DNA of 26,055 nt, taken from a virus (taxonomy: Duplodnaviria > Caudoviricetes). The notes below the pieces were generated by a model, which saw only the letters and a list, made by a program, of their open reading frames with translations, ran no database searches and was not told where the DNA came from. Numbering within the stretch: position 1 is the stretch's first letter; every line of letters begins with the position of its first letter. The stretch is from the IMG/VR virus record IMGVR_UViG_3300020355_000011, positions 1-26,055 of that record, one strand, 5' to 3'. The translations under genes were made by a program, and so were the position numbers. Shown piece by piece: positions 18,401 through 26,055 of this stretch.

Positions 18401-21400
18401 TGTCCATGCACCTCTAAGAAGTATGAATGGTTTCCAAGCTCTATTCATATAGTTATCTCCTAACTTAGATAACCAACCTTGAACTAATGCATTAGCATCT
18501 GCATCATCAGCAGATAAATCAAATCTTTTTCTTGCAGTTTTAACAGTCATTTTTAACCAATCTGTTATACCTTTTTGGTCATTTGTTTGTAATTCAAATA
18601 ATTCAGCAACTGGTTTTGCTAACATTTCTTCAAATTCAGAAACTTCAAATTCTCTTCCATCTTCTAAATCAACAGTTCTTCTTGCAGAAGTTACACTTGG
18701 TCTCTTTGAACTAGGTATAATTCTTGTCCAAAATTCTCTTGCTGGTGAAAACACTCTTAAAAATAATCTTGCATCTGGTAAAGGTAATGAACCTGATGCT
18801 AAATACTCTGAAATTAAATGTGCTGTAGGTCTTCCAACAACTGATTCTAATTCATCAAAATTAGCACGTTTCATTAAAGTATTTGTAGCTGTTGTCAATA
18901 CATCATCTTCTGTTGTTATGTCAGAAAAATAATTAAGTATTTGGTTTGGAGATACTTTTGCATTTTTAAATACTTTAAATCCTGCTTTAGTATCAAAAGC
19001 ATCTTGTGTTTTTGTAAATAAAGTTTTTAGTACAGGTGTTATTTTTGACGCATCTCCTGTTCTAGGACCAATAATATTTACAGTTGGATATTTTTTAATG
19101 AGTTCATGTATTTCTTGAACAAATTTATTATCTATTCTTTGTGCAGTATCAACTATTACTAATGGTCTGTTACCTTGATACACGCCTTGCTCAGGTATTT
19201 TAGCTTGTGACCATTTACCCTTTCTTGCATAGTTTATTGCACCAGTAGTTCCTTTACCTGCTGGATTAGTAACAGAATCTATTATTGCAATAGTTATATC
19301 TGCATCATCAATATTTTTTTGACTTCTTGCAACAAAATATTTATTAGCTGGCATCTTTTCATTTATATTTTTAGAAGTTAATCTATTTCTTTCACGTTGT
19401 AATGCCTCTAATTTTTTGACAGTAGAGTCATCATTAATATCATTAAGACGTGCTTGTAATTGTGTCTCATGTTTTGCAAGAGTTTGTTTTTCAGTATTGA
19501 TTCTTTTTTGTAAATTTTTGTATGCTCTTTGATAACCAGGCATGTCAAAGCTATCATATTGTAATATTTTATTTGGACCTTCTTCTACTAAGTTTGTTGC
19601 GTATCTAAGTATTGACGCTTTAGATTCTAATTCTAATCTTGCACCAATAGATAATTCAGGAGCATCTCCATTCTTTATTCTTACATCTTCAGCATCTAAT
19701 GCTTTTCTTGCAATGTAACCAGCTTGTAATTTATTTTGTATTTTTAAATCATCTCTAACTGGAGATAACTCTAATTCCTTATACGCTTTTTCTAATCCTT
19801 TTAATCTTGCTTTATCCTCAGCAACTTTTTGTTTTAATCTATTGTATGTTACAGTTGTAGCTCCTACTCTTTTATCTTTGAATATTGCTTCATTTTCAGT
19901 TCTTTTTATTGTTTCATCAATAAATCCAACTTGTCTTGCTGCATCATCTGTCAATCCATAATCTATTAGCTCTGCTTCGTGAAGCCCATAACTACCTGTT
20001 TTAGTTTGTGCAGAGTCTCCAAAACCAGGAGTTCCTGTACCCCCTGTTTCTATATCAAGTTCTTTTGCAACTCTTAATGCTTGTATTTCTGTACCTCTAC
20101 CACCATTTGATATAACTTTTGCAGGTAAGATTTCTGCCTCTGCTAAATCTGTTGGTACTCTTTGTGCTGAATCAACTTTAGATAAAAAGTCATCTTTTAT
20201 ATCTTGTATGGTTCTTAATCTTCCAGACTTTTTAAAATTAGAGTTACTTATTATTTCATCAATAATATCTAAGGTTTGTTTCATGTTAAAAGAAACATTA
20301 TCTAAATTATTTCTACCTTTATCTAATATGCTAATTTTTTGTAAGTTCCACGCTTCTTCGCCATATGCACCATAAAAATATTTATTAGCTTCATCGACAC
20401 TAGCAACTAATTTACCAACTTGATTTACTACACCTCTAGGAATATTTACAGCTTCAAATTTATCCATAATGTGTCTAAGGACACCATTTTCACCACCATA
20501 AATATCTAACATCATATTTAATTTTTGTAGTGATGCAGGACTTCCATCAAGAGCTTGTATAACTTCATCATCCATAGCGTCAACTATTCTATCTAATGTG
20601 CTTTTTGCAATATCATCATCAACTTTTGCAAACTTCATAAAATCTTTTAGTTCAAAAAATGTTCTATTCAAATCATCTGTTTGTATTCTTGGTGCAGGAA
20701 ATACATTAAACAATCTTTCAAAAATACTATTTTTGCTATTTAACTTCATTGCAGTTTTAAATCCAACTGCTGAGACTTTATCACCATATACAAATTTTGC
20801 TGCAGCTTTTGACAATGTCCCATTAAATAATAATGATGTAGGGTCAAGCCTTTCCATAGCATCAGCAGTAATGTCTTCAGCAGCATTAACAAGAATATTT
20901 TTTATTGCTTGTTTGTCTTTAGTATCTCTTAATCTCCTATAAAGTTTTGCTCCACCTGCTGTTCTTGCTATTGTTTTATCTGAGATTTTTTTACCTTGTC
21001 CACCTAATAATATTTGTACTTCATCGTACGTATCTGCTTGAGCAAACAAATCTGCAATATCATCACCAGCTTTTGTTTCAAAATAAAACTCTCTAGCTTT
21101 TGGTATCTTAACTGTTTTCCTTACAACACTATCTATTAATCCACTTGCTTTTTTAGTTTCATTTAAATTAAAAGATTTTTTTATTGCACCTGCTTTTGCT
21201 AATGCACCACCAGCATAAGTTGCAGGGTCAGTAAGCACTGTATAAGCTCCATCAATAATTCCTGATAATAAATTAAAAGATTTTGTTCCTGGTTCAAATA
21301 CTTCAACAGCAGCTACACGACCAGGAGATAATTTTACAGTACCCTTTCTACCTCTATAAGTACCTGCATGACCTTCTCTTGTATTCATTTCTAATTGTGT

Positions 21401-22072
21401 AATTGGTTTACCATAATATTCTTGTATGATTTGTTTTACTTCATCAGGATTTGCACCTCTACCAACTAACTCTTTATATACTTCTGTATTTTCTGCAACT
21501 GTAGAATTACCAAAATATCCTTGACCTAAGTTTACTTTTCTTCCTGCACGTAATTCTTGGAAGGCTCTTGTAGCAACTGTAGGTCCTTGGTCTTTTAAAG
21601 ATTGTACAAACTCATTTCTACCATTAGGGTCAAGTAATGGTACTAATGTGCCTACACCTGTAAAAGCAAGTAACGGATTCATTTTTCTTGCAGAATAATA
21701 TTTCATACCTGCTTGTCCATATTTTTTTACAAACTGTGATGCAGATTCCATTCCAACTACTGCACCTCTTATAGCACCTCTTCCTGCAGCCTTAACACCT
21801 TCCCACCATGATGTTTCTTTTTCTAAAAATCTTTCTACAATACTTGTAAATTCTGGTGAGTCTTTTGTTAATCCCATTAATGCACCTGCAACCTGCACGT
21901 CTTTTGGTAAAAAACCATAAGTCTTAGATATCTCAGACATGTTGTAAGGTATTGATGGGTTGTTAGCAAAAAAATTATCTATTTGTTGTGCTTGTCCTAA
22001 TAACTCATCTCTGTATAAATCATCCTGGTCTTCTTGCCAGGGTGCTACCCAGTTCCACCTAAAAGCTGTCAT
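15443..22072 (-). CDS. Giant internal virion / DNA-ejection protein with an embedded SLOG (cpYpsA/MoCo-carrier-like) domain
   Basis: 2209 aa, mostly helical, no tape-measure periodicity noticed; SLOG-like motifs at aa ~652-700 and ~912-1015. Confidence 0.6.
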   Translation of the reverse strand: MTAFRWNWVAPWQEDQDDLYRDELLGQAQQIDNFFANNPSIPYNMSEISKTYGFLPKDVQVAGALMGLTKDSPEFTSIVERFLEKETSWWEGVKAAGRGAIRGAVVGMESASQFVKKYGQAGMKYYSARKMNPLLAFTGVGTLVPLLDPNGRNEFVQSLKDQGPTVATRAFQELRAGRKVNLGQGYFGNSTVAENTEVYKELVGRGANPDEVKQIIQEYYGKPITQLEMNTREGHAGTYRGRKGTVKLSPGRVAAVEVFEPGTKSFNLLSGIIDGAYTVLTDPATYAGGALAKAGAIKKSFNLNETKKASGLIDSVVRKTVKIPKAREFYFETKAGDDIADLFAQADTYDEVQILLGGQGKKISDKTIARTAGGAKLYRRLRDTKDKQAIKNILVNAAEDITADAMERLDPTSLLFNGTLSKAAAKFVYGDKVSAVGFKTAMKLNSKNSIFERLFNVFPAPRIQTDDLNRTFFELKDFMKFAKVDDDIAKSTLDRIVDAMDDEVIQALDGSPASLQKLNMMLDIYGGENGVLRHIMDKFEAVNIPRGVVNQVGKLVASVDEANKYFYGAYGEEAWNLQKISILDKGRNNLDNVSFNMKQTLDIIDEIISNSNFKKSGRLRTIQDIKDDFLSKVDSAQRVPTDLAEAEILPAKVISNGGRGTEIQALRVAKELDIETGGTGTPGFGDSAQTKTGSYGLHEAELIDYGLTDDAARQVGFIDETIKRTENEAIFKDKRVGATTVTYNRLKQKVAEDKARLKGLEKAYKELELSPVRDDLKIQNKLQAGYIARKALDAEDVRIKNGDAPELSIGARLELESKASILRYATNLVEEGPNKILQYDSFDMPGYQRAYKNLQKRINTEKQTLAKHETQLQARLNDINDDSTVKKLEALQRERNRLTSKNINEKMPANKYFVARSQKNIDDADITIAIIDSVTNPAGKGTTGAINYARKGKWSQAKIPEQGVYQGNRPLVIVDTAQRIDNKFVQEIHELIKKYPTVNIIGPRTGDASKITPVLKTLFTKTQDAFDTKAGFKVFKNAKVSPNQILNYFSDITTEDDVLTTATNTLMKRANFDELESVVGRPTAHLISEYLASGSLPLPDARLFLRVFSPAREFWTRIIPSSKRPSVTSARRTVDLEDGREFEVSEFEEMLAKPVAELFELQTNDQKGITDWLKMTVKTARKRFDLSADDADANALVQGWLSKLGDNYMNRAWKPFILLRGAWTARVVGEEQVRMWAADLDNVFTHPLSAFAWILGKDRESVLRRVKGYENLDIDRTIQRGMFSIRDNEILADSIYHKASMSMSHNGILDGDKLKRTFAFKSVQKGEKGYHGAAVSEIFQLVDDPIAAEIATLKGGVDDVKAGLQNIKDRFWNKDGDLSSWRTALAYGSDEAGKYQKIKILNDRKWADDYIDSVAARVHYKTGGKYKVTEVKPDGTRVVFEDMEGMTRVRKSPQSEIEFELIETGDAELLEHISKGRNAIDDKAILVDIDGKTVAIGRKASIGNKKAYTKWLAKKDPYKSMHVMKKSVFDMDGERVSSYDAAIERLFSIVMSAPTNRLSRSPAFRQFYWRFIETNIAYFDDGLRQQIKQQAQASNLPKKFIKSLDTTGKVSADEGKLLRLADLDALDDTAKAYALAETQSLLYDLNRRHVVSDMLRLAFPFAEVYIEIMGTWSRLLNQKKFLATRKITRGIDGARKADLNNDDEGFFHTDAMTGEEMFFFPGSEFLTNWMFDGNRDSRTVKNPVTGEELAAPDAKINLKGYVSSLNMIVGNPAPGLGPLVGIPASKILPETELIDKVFFPYGRETKSALSPATYANALIPSWAKKAMSMGASDPDMQRGFANTYKDVIKMFVTTGLYDDTTPAKQARMLEEAKKTAMFLTAARTFIQFAAPTGAVIRYDIEVAPGGRLFVDPLQTKGDDPKHHFYGMSILTDAYYRILSKYGGDQVLATKEFVNQFGLDPTALLVSKSKEIKKRSYTDEGVKFGRDNEEILKIYPDVGYYLFPDNPLDEFSFVAWADSFADRDRVDLSEDEYVTAVRQAQGRLAYEYQRRLLFESGAHNNLTPERKYEILTDYRMALRQEYPGYGQTSTTAKAIDAESKRLQLIDMIQREGERTVTLPSGESLALKELPSMQGLVQYLEIRDSILAQIQRRDGPRATLKRQEYTYFREVLRRKAQELFSQFPDFYYVYDDILRFEVEEEFTDVFTPMEY

Positions 22073-22440
22073 TGAAATCGTTCAGATTCAGATTGTGCTG
22101 TCCCATCATTCATTAATGCTATAATTTCTTTACTCTGTAACACATTTGCCATTCTTCTTAATACCATGTCTGCATCATAAATAGGTTGCCCTGAAGCTGC
22201 CTTATATTGACTTGTAGATACATCTTCACCAGGATTATTGGTAGGTGTATCAAATATAGATTTACCTGGTTGTATAAATTGTCTTATTCTATTCATTCTT
22301 GGATTTGCAGGTTGTGCAGGTGTTTGATTTTCTTCTATAAACATTTCTGCACTATTTTGCAGTTCATTTAATTCTTCACCTTGTCCATAGCTTTCAGATT
22401 CAAACTGTGCTTTATTAGTTTGTGGACTATATCTTGTCAT
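22069..22440 (-). CDS. Small hypothetical protein, probably virion-associated
   Basis: 123 aa; SYGQGEELNELQ and IFDTPTNNPGEDV; GGAG SD; ATGA overlap with the giant gene. Confidence 0.6.
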   Translation of the reverse strand: MTRYSPQTNKAQFESESYGQGEELNELQNSAEMFIEENQTPAQPANPRMNRIRQFIQPGKSIFDTPTNNPGEDVSTSQYKAASGQPIYDADMVLRRMANVLQSKEIIALMNDGTAQSESERFQ

Positions 22441-22666
22441 TTAAATCTCCATAATCAAAATCTTCTGGAACAACAAGTAAATCAATTCTTCCTAACTGTG
22501 GTATAAACGCAATAGTTATTGCATCAATAATAAAATTAGGTTTTTGTTGTTGACTCATTAGTCCTTCATTAAATGCATCTTCATACATTTCCCACATAGG
22601 TTGTTCTTCTACCGTGTAGTTATTTGCAATAATTTGTGCAAATGTAAAGTTTTCATCATTAACCAA
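22427..22666 (-). CDS. Small acidic hypothetical protein
   Basis: 79 aa; AGGAGG SD-like sequence in the portal 3' end; short overlaps with both neighbours. Confidence 0.55.
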   Translation of the reverse strand: MVNDENFTFAQIIANNYTVEEQPMWEMYEDAFNEGLMSQQQKPNFIIDAITIAFIPQLGRIDLLVVPEDFDYGDLNDKI

Positions 22667-24392
22667 TAGCTCCTCCTAACAATGCTGCAAGATTTGGTGG
22701 TCCTTGTTGCTGAGGAGCTTGAGCCTGTTGCAAGACTTGTTGTTCTTCAGGACTAGGTTCTTCACCTTGTGTTGTAAAGTACTTTTCTAATATATTACCC
22801 ATGTTTTTTGGATTATTATATATTTCTACAACAGCCATCATTGCACCTTTATCACCTTGTTGTGATTGTTGTAGCAACATAGAATATAAAATATCTTCTG
22901 TTTTTTGTTTTACAATTCTTTCATTTATCTGTGTAAGATTTTCTAAACCATCCATTTCTTGTTGCATAGTTTCTTTATCAATTATTCCAGCTTGTAATAA
23001 CTGCAAACCAGTAATAATTTTATTTGGAGCATCAAAAGAAGCCATAGCTCCATACTTTCTTTTAGTAACAAAGTTACTGTCTATATCAGTTGCAGGAGTA
23101 TAGTTTTCAGCAAATGATGCACCTTTGTATGTACCACTAATAGGTTTTCTTTGTCTTCCAAATAATTTTTGGTCTAGCTCTAATCTTTTAGAATCAACTT
23201 CTTGTAAAGCATTTTCTAATATTGTGTGATACTCAGAAACCATTGCACCAACACCAGCTTCTAATTCTTCAAGTCCTCTACCTGTAACAAAAGAGTTTGG
23301 AGATATAGCATCATCTTGTACAGGATATCCAGCTACAACTCTAAGTTGTCTTTCTAATCTACCTACAGATTCAAAGAGTTGATATGGTAAATTGTTTACA
23401 GGTTTTACTACTTGTGAACCAGGAGACAAATAGTTTATAGAGTTTCTACCTTTTCTATACTGTCCTGACTCTAGCTCTCCAATAATGTTTGTTTCTGTAA
23501 ATACTGCATCTTCCATAGCTATTACAGATAAAATATTTATCTTTGCCATAGAAGCCATAAGTCCTATGACTTGGTCAAATTGCCCTTGTAATTTATCAAA
23601 ACTAAATCTTTTAGCAACAACAAATGCTGGACCAGATTGTAATGGATTAGGAACAAAATCTAATATTTTTCTTGAAGCAGGATGTAATATGTAAGTTCCT
23701 TCTAAATTCATATATTCAAGTATTACCTCACCACTTTCATTTGAATTTTCCCAACTACCACTTTCTCCATAACCTTGATATGAAATGTTATAAGACTCTT
23801 CTTGTTTATCTTTGTTATCTGTTTCAAAATATGATTTAAGTTCTGGATACATCTGTATTAAGTTCTTTACAGGAACTTTTTGAATAATTGCAAGTTCTTG
23901 TGGTTCTTGCATATTTCCATAATATCCAGGAAAACAATCATAAGGATTACGAAGTTCTGCACACGGATACATGTTTCCATTTGCATCTGGTTTAGATGTA
24001 ATAACCCATACTGCAAATCCATATCCAGGAAGCCATCTAGCCACTTGTGGAAGTTGTAAATCTAATCTTTGCATTTTATCAAATGCAGTAACGATTCTTT
24101 CTAATTTATCTTTTTTACCTTTATTTCTTTGACTATCTCTTGCATTTGTAATATGAACATCAAGTGTAGGTACTTTACCAATTTTTTGTGCAAGTCTATC
24201 TAAAGCAGATAATAATAAGTTTGGTGCTGGTAATGTATAAGAATCCATACCATCCATTCCTGGACCTAATAAATCTCTTATTCCATTTTCACCACCATTA
24301 AGAATGTTTCTGAATCTACTTCTATCTATAAGAGAATCATCATGCATCTTTTTAAGATTAGTTGCTCTATCTATAATCTGGTCAGGCGTCAC
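22659..24392 (-). CDS. Portal protein
   Basis: Directly after terminase; about 577 aa; GYGFAV, LRNPYDCFP, GQFDQVIGL, VTGRGLEEL; Gln/Pro-rich tail. Start reassigned from 24413 to GTG 24392 (GGAG 5 nt upstream, 1 nt after the terminase stop). Confidence 0.8.
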   Translation of the reverse strand: MTPDQIIDRATNLKKMHDDSLIDRSRFRNILNGGENGIRDLLGPGMDGMDSYTLPAPNLLLSALDRLAQKIGKVPTLDVHITNARDSQRNKGKKDKLERIVTAFDKMQRLDLQLPQVARWLPGYGFAVWVITSKPDANGNMYPCAELRNPYDCFPGYYGNMQEPQELAIIQKVPVKNLIQMYPELKSYFETDNKDKQEESYNISYQGYGESGSWENSNESGEVILEYMNLEGTYILHPASRKILDFVPNPLQSGPAFVVAKRFSFDKLQGQFDQVIGLMASMAKINILSVIAMEDAVFTETNIIGELESGQYRKGRNSINYLSPGSQVVKPVNNLPYQLFESVGRLERQLRVVAGYPVQDDAISPNSFVTGRGLEELEAGVGAMVSEYHTILENALQEVDSKRLELDQKLFGRQRKPISGTYKGASFAENYTPATDIDSNFVTKRKYGAMASFDAPNKIITGLQLLQAGIIDKETMQQEMDGLENLTQINERIVKQKTEDILYSMLLQQSQQGDKGAMMAVVEIYNNPKNMGNILEKYFTTQGEEPSPEEQQVLQQAQAPQQQGPPNLAALLGGAIG

Positions 24393-24393
24393 A

Positions 24394-26055
24394 TTAACTC
24401 CATGGTATATCATTTAAGTCTAACATATTGTAACCCTCATAACTAGGAGTGTAATCTAATCCCATATCTGCGTATGTTAGTTTTTGCAAGTTTCTAATAA
24501 CTTTCATTGGAAACCAGCTTGCCATAACTATATCACTTTTATAAGAGTTTTTATTGCCTTTTGAAGCAAAATATGAAAGTTGTTTTGTATATGCAATACT
24601 CTTAGATTGTGCTTCTGGTGAACTAAAAGGTAAAACAATTTTATGTTCTGCAAACATTGGTGCTAAAGCTGTAACTCCAAATCTCTCATCCCATTTGTTT
24701 TTATGAGTTTCATGTCCTTCTAACTTTATTCCATGCATATTTGCAAACTGTTTTGTAGTTTCATCTTGGCGAATAGCTTTTTGAAAACCATTTTCTTCTA
24801 TTACCCAATGATAACAGTTGTACATATCAAACCATTTTTTAATAAGGTTACGTGCTTCTTCAAGACCTCCACCTTGTTGATTCTCCATATCAACCATTTG
24901 TAACTTAATATCATCAACAGATGTTTCTACAGCCCATAAAAATCCTGCTTGATATCCTGTAGCAGCAGGGTCAAGTCCTGCAACAAGGTATGCAGATTGC
25001 GGTATATTACCTAAATCAACATTATGGTCATAACATTCTTTTATAACTTCTGGATTAAACAAAGATAAACCTTTTGCTTGTGCTTTATTAAGATATACCA
25101 TCTCAAATCTTTGTACACCACCAGTAGTTTGTGCATCTCTTTTTCTATTCATAAGCCATCTAAAACTACGTTTATCTTCCCACAACATACAATCTTTATG
25201 GTCATCTTCATCAAACTCTGGTATTACACACATAGAGTCATGTGCTTCTTCAACTATTGTTTCCCATGCTTCATTTTCTAATAATGCTGAATATAAATCA
25301 TCAGGGTGTTGTCTTGAGCCAATTACAACCATTGCGGTATGTTCTTCTTTTCTAGAACCTAATGTTGTAGTCCACCAGTTTTTAGTGTTTTTTCTTGATG
25401 CAGGTTGCATAGTTGATGAAAAGTCTTCAATGTCATCTGCAATAATTATGTCACAGTCTCTTGATAGAATCTTACCACCTCTACCTAAACCAACCATTGT
25501 AGGTGATTTTATACCTGAAACAGTCCTTGTAGATACTGTAAAGCCATTTTGTGACCAAGATTTACCAGTTCTTGTAGCTGGTTTAAATGAACCATTAGGT
25601 CCACAAAAATCTTCTTTAAGTCCTTCATTGTTCTCTAAAGTATCTAAAACAGAAGATACAGAGTTTTTTGCAATATCTTCATTACCACCTATCCAAAGTA
25701 TTCTTATGTTTGGATTTCTACATATAAGCCAAACTACAAAGTGTATAAGTAGTTCTGTCTTTCCATGTCTTGGTGGTGACAATATCATTTGTTGTCCACC
25801 ATTAAGTAATGCTTTATTTATAGACTTAATCCACTTATTGTGAAAGTCTGCTGTTTCAAAAGGTACACCTAGTTCTGTAAGAAAGTATCTATCTCTAAAA
25901 CCTTTGAACTCTTTTAATGATTGCTTTGCATCATCAGATAGTTCCCAGTTTTGTGTAGCTGCTTCTATTTCTATATCTTCACGATATGCAGCCATAAGTC
26001 TTGCTACATTACCAACTGTACATCCTAAACCTGCAGCAACTTCTTGTCTTGTTAT
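24394..26055 (-). CDS. terL: Terminase large subunit (probably 5'-truncated by the window edge)
   Basis: Walker A LSPPRHGKT, Walker B IIIADD, motif III VVIGSR, nuclease VAGLDPA, IEENGFQ, KSDIVMA; frame remains open from 25995 to 26055. Confidence 0.92.
   Translation of the reverse strand: MTRQEVAAGLGCTVGNVARLMAAYREDIEIEAATQNWELSDDAKQSLKEFKGFRDRYFLTELGVPFETADFHNKWIKSINKALLNGGQQMILSPPRHGKTELLIHFVVWLICRNPNIRILWIGGNEDIAKNSVSSVLDTLENNEGLKEDFCGPNGSFKPATRTGKSWSQNGFTVSTRTVSGIKSPTMVGLGRGGKILSRDCDIIIADDIEDFSSTMQPASRKNTKNWWTTTLGSRKEEHTAMVVIGSRQHPDDLYSALLENEAWETIVEEAHDSMCVIPEFDEDDHKDCMLWEDKRSFRWLMNRKRDAQTTGGVQRFEMVYLNKAQAKGLSLFNPEVIKECYDHNVDLGNIPQSAYLVAGLDPAATGYQAGFLWAVETSVDDIKLQMVDMENQQGGGLEEARNLIKKWFDMYNCYHWVIEENGFQKAIRQDETTKQFANMHGIKLEGHETHKNKWDERFGVTALAPMFAEHKIVLPFSSPEAQSKSIAYTKQLSYFASKGNKNSYKSDIVMASWFPMKVIRNLQKLTYADMGLDYTPSYEGYNMLDLNDIPWS

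Noticed and set aside
15443-22072. Giant ORF as virion RNA polymerase or tape measure
   Set aside because: No DxDGD-type or T7/N4 polymerase motif recognised, no tape-measure periodicity, and no tail tube or chaperone genes nearby; a profile search is needed to exclude these fully
287-25843. All plus-strand ORFs in the track (60-152 aa) and the minus-strand 3443-3652 ORF
   Set aside because: They lie within longer, motif-bearing minus-strand genes, show no recognisable motifs, and read like antisense or alternate-frame shadows
1-26055. Stop-codon reassignment or tRNA genes
   Set aside because: The standard code gives near-complete coding density with TAA, TAG and TGA all used at coupled junctions; no cloverleaf seen in the single long intergenic region

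Overview
An AT-rich (roughly one-third GC by eye) tailed-phage morphogenesis region with every credible gene on the minus strand. Reading from the right end: terminase large subunit (open off the window edge, with an N-terminal HTH-like segment), portal, two small proteins, then a translationally coupled block of five probable internal virion/ejection proteins (2209 aa with a split SLOG-like domain, 484 aa with a peptidoglycan-binding motif, 241 aa lysozyme/transglycosylase-like, 450 aa, 361 aa). After these come a promoter and a ~160-nt GC-enriched, pseudoknot-rich leader, scaffold, SU10/DUF5309-type major capsid, a terminator, a small virion protein, probable tail adaptor and nozzle, a fibre with a cupredoxin-like C-x2-H-x2-M site, small fibre-associated proteins, a polyglycine protein with its usual partner, and four tandem ~230-aa DUF6065/dUTPase-fold-like paralogues. 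No tape measure, tail tube or sheath gene is recognisable, so a podovirus-like virion is likely; an aquatic actinobacterial host is a tentative inference. The best leads are the structured leader RNA, the split SLOG domain in the giant virion protein, the paralogue array and the apparent total absence of GATC. All family assignments are from motif recognition by eye, not database searches.
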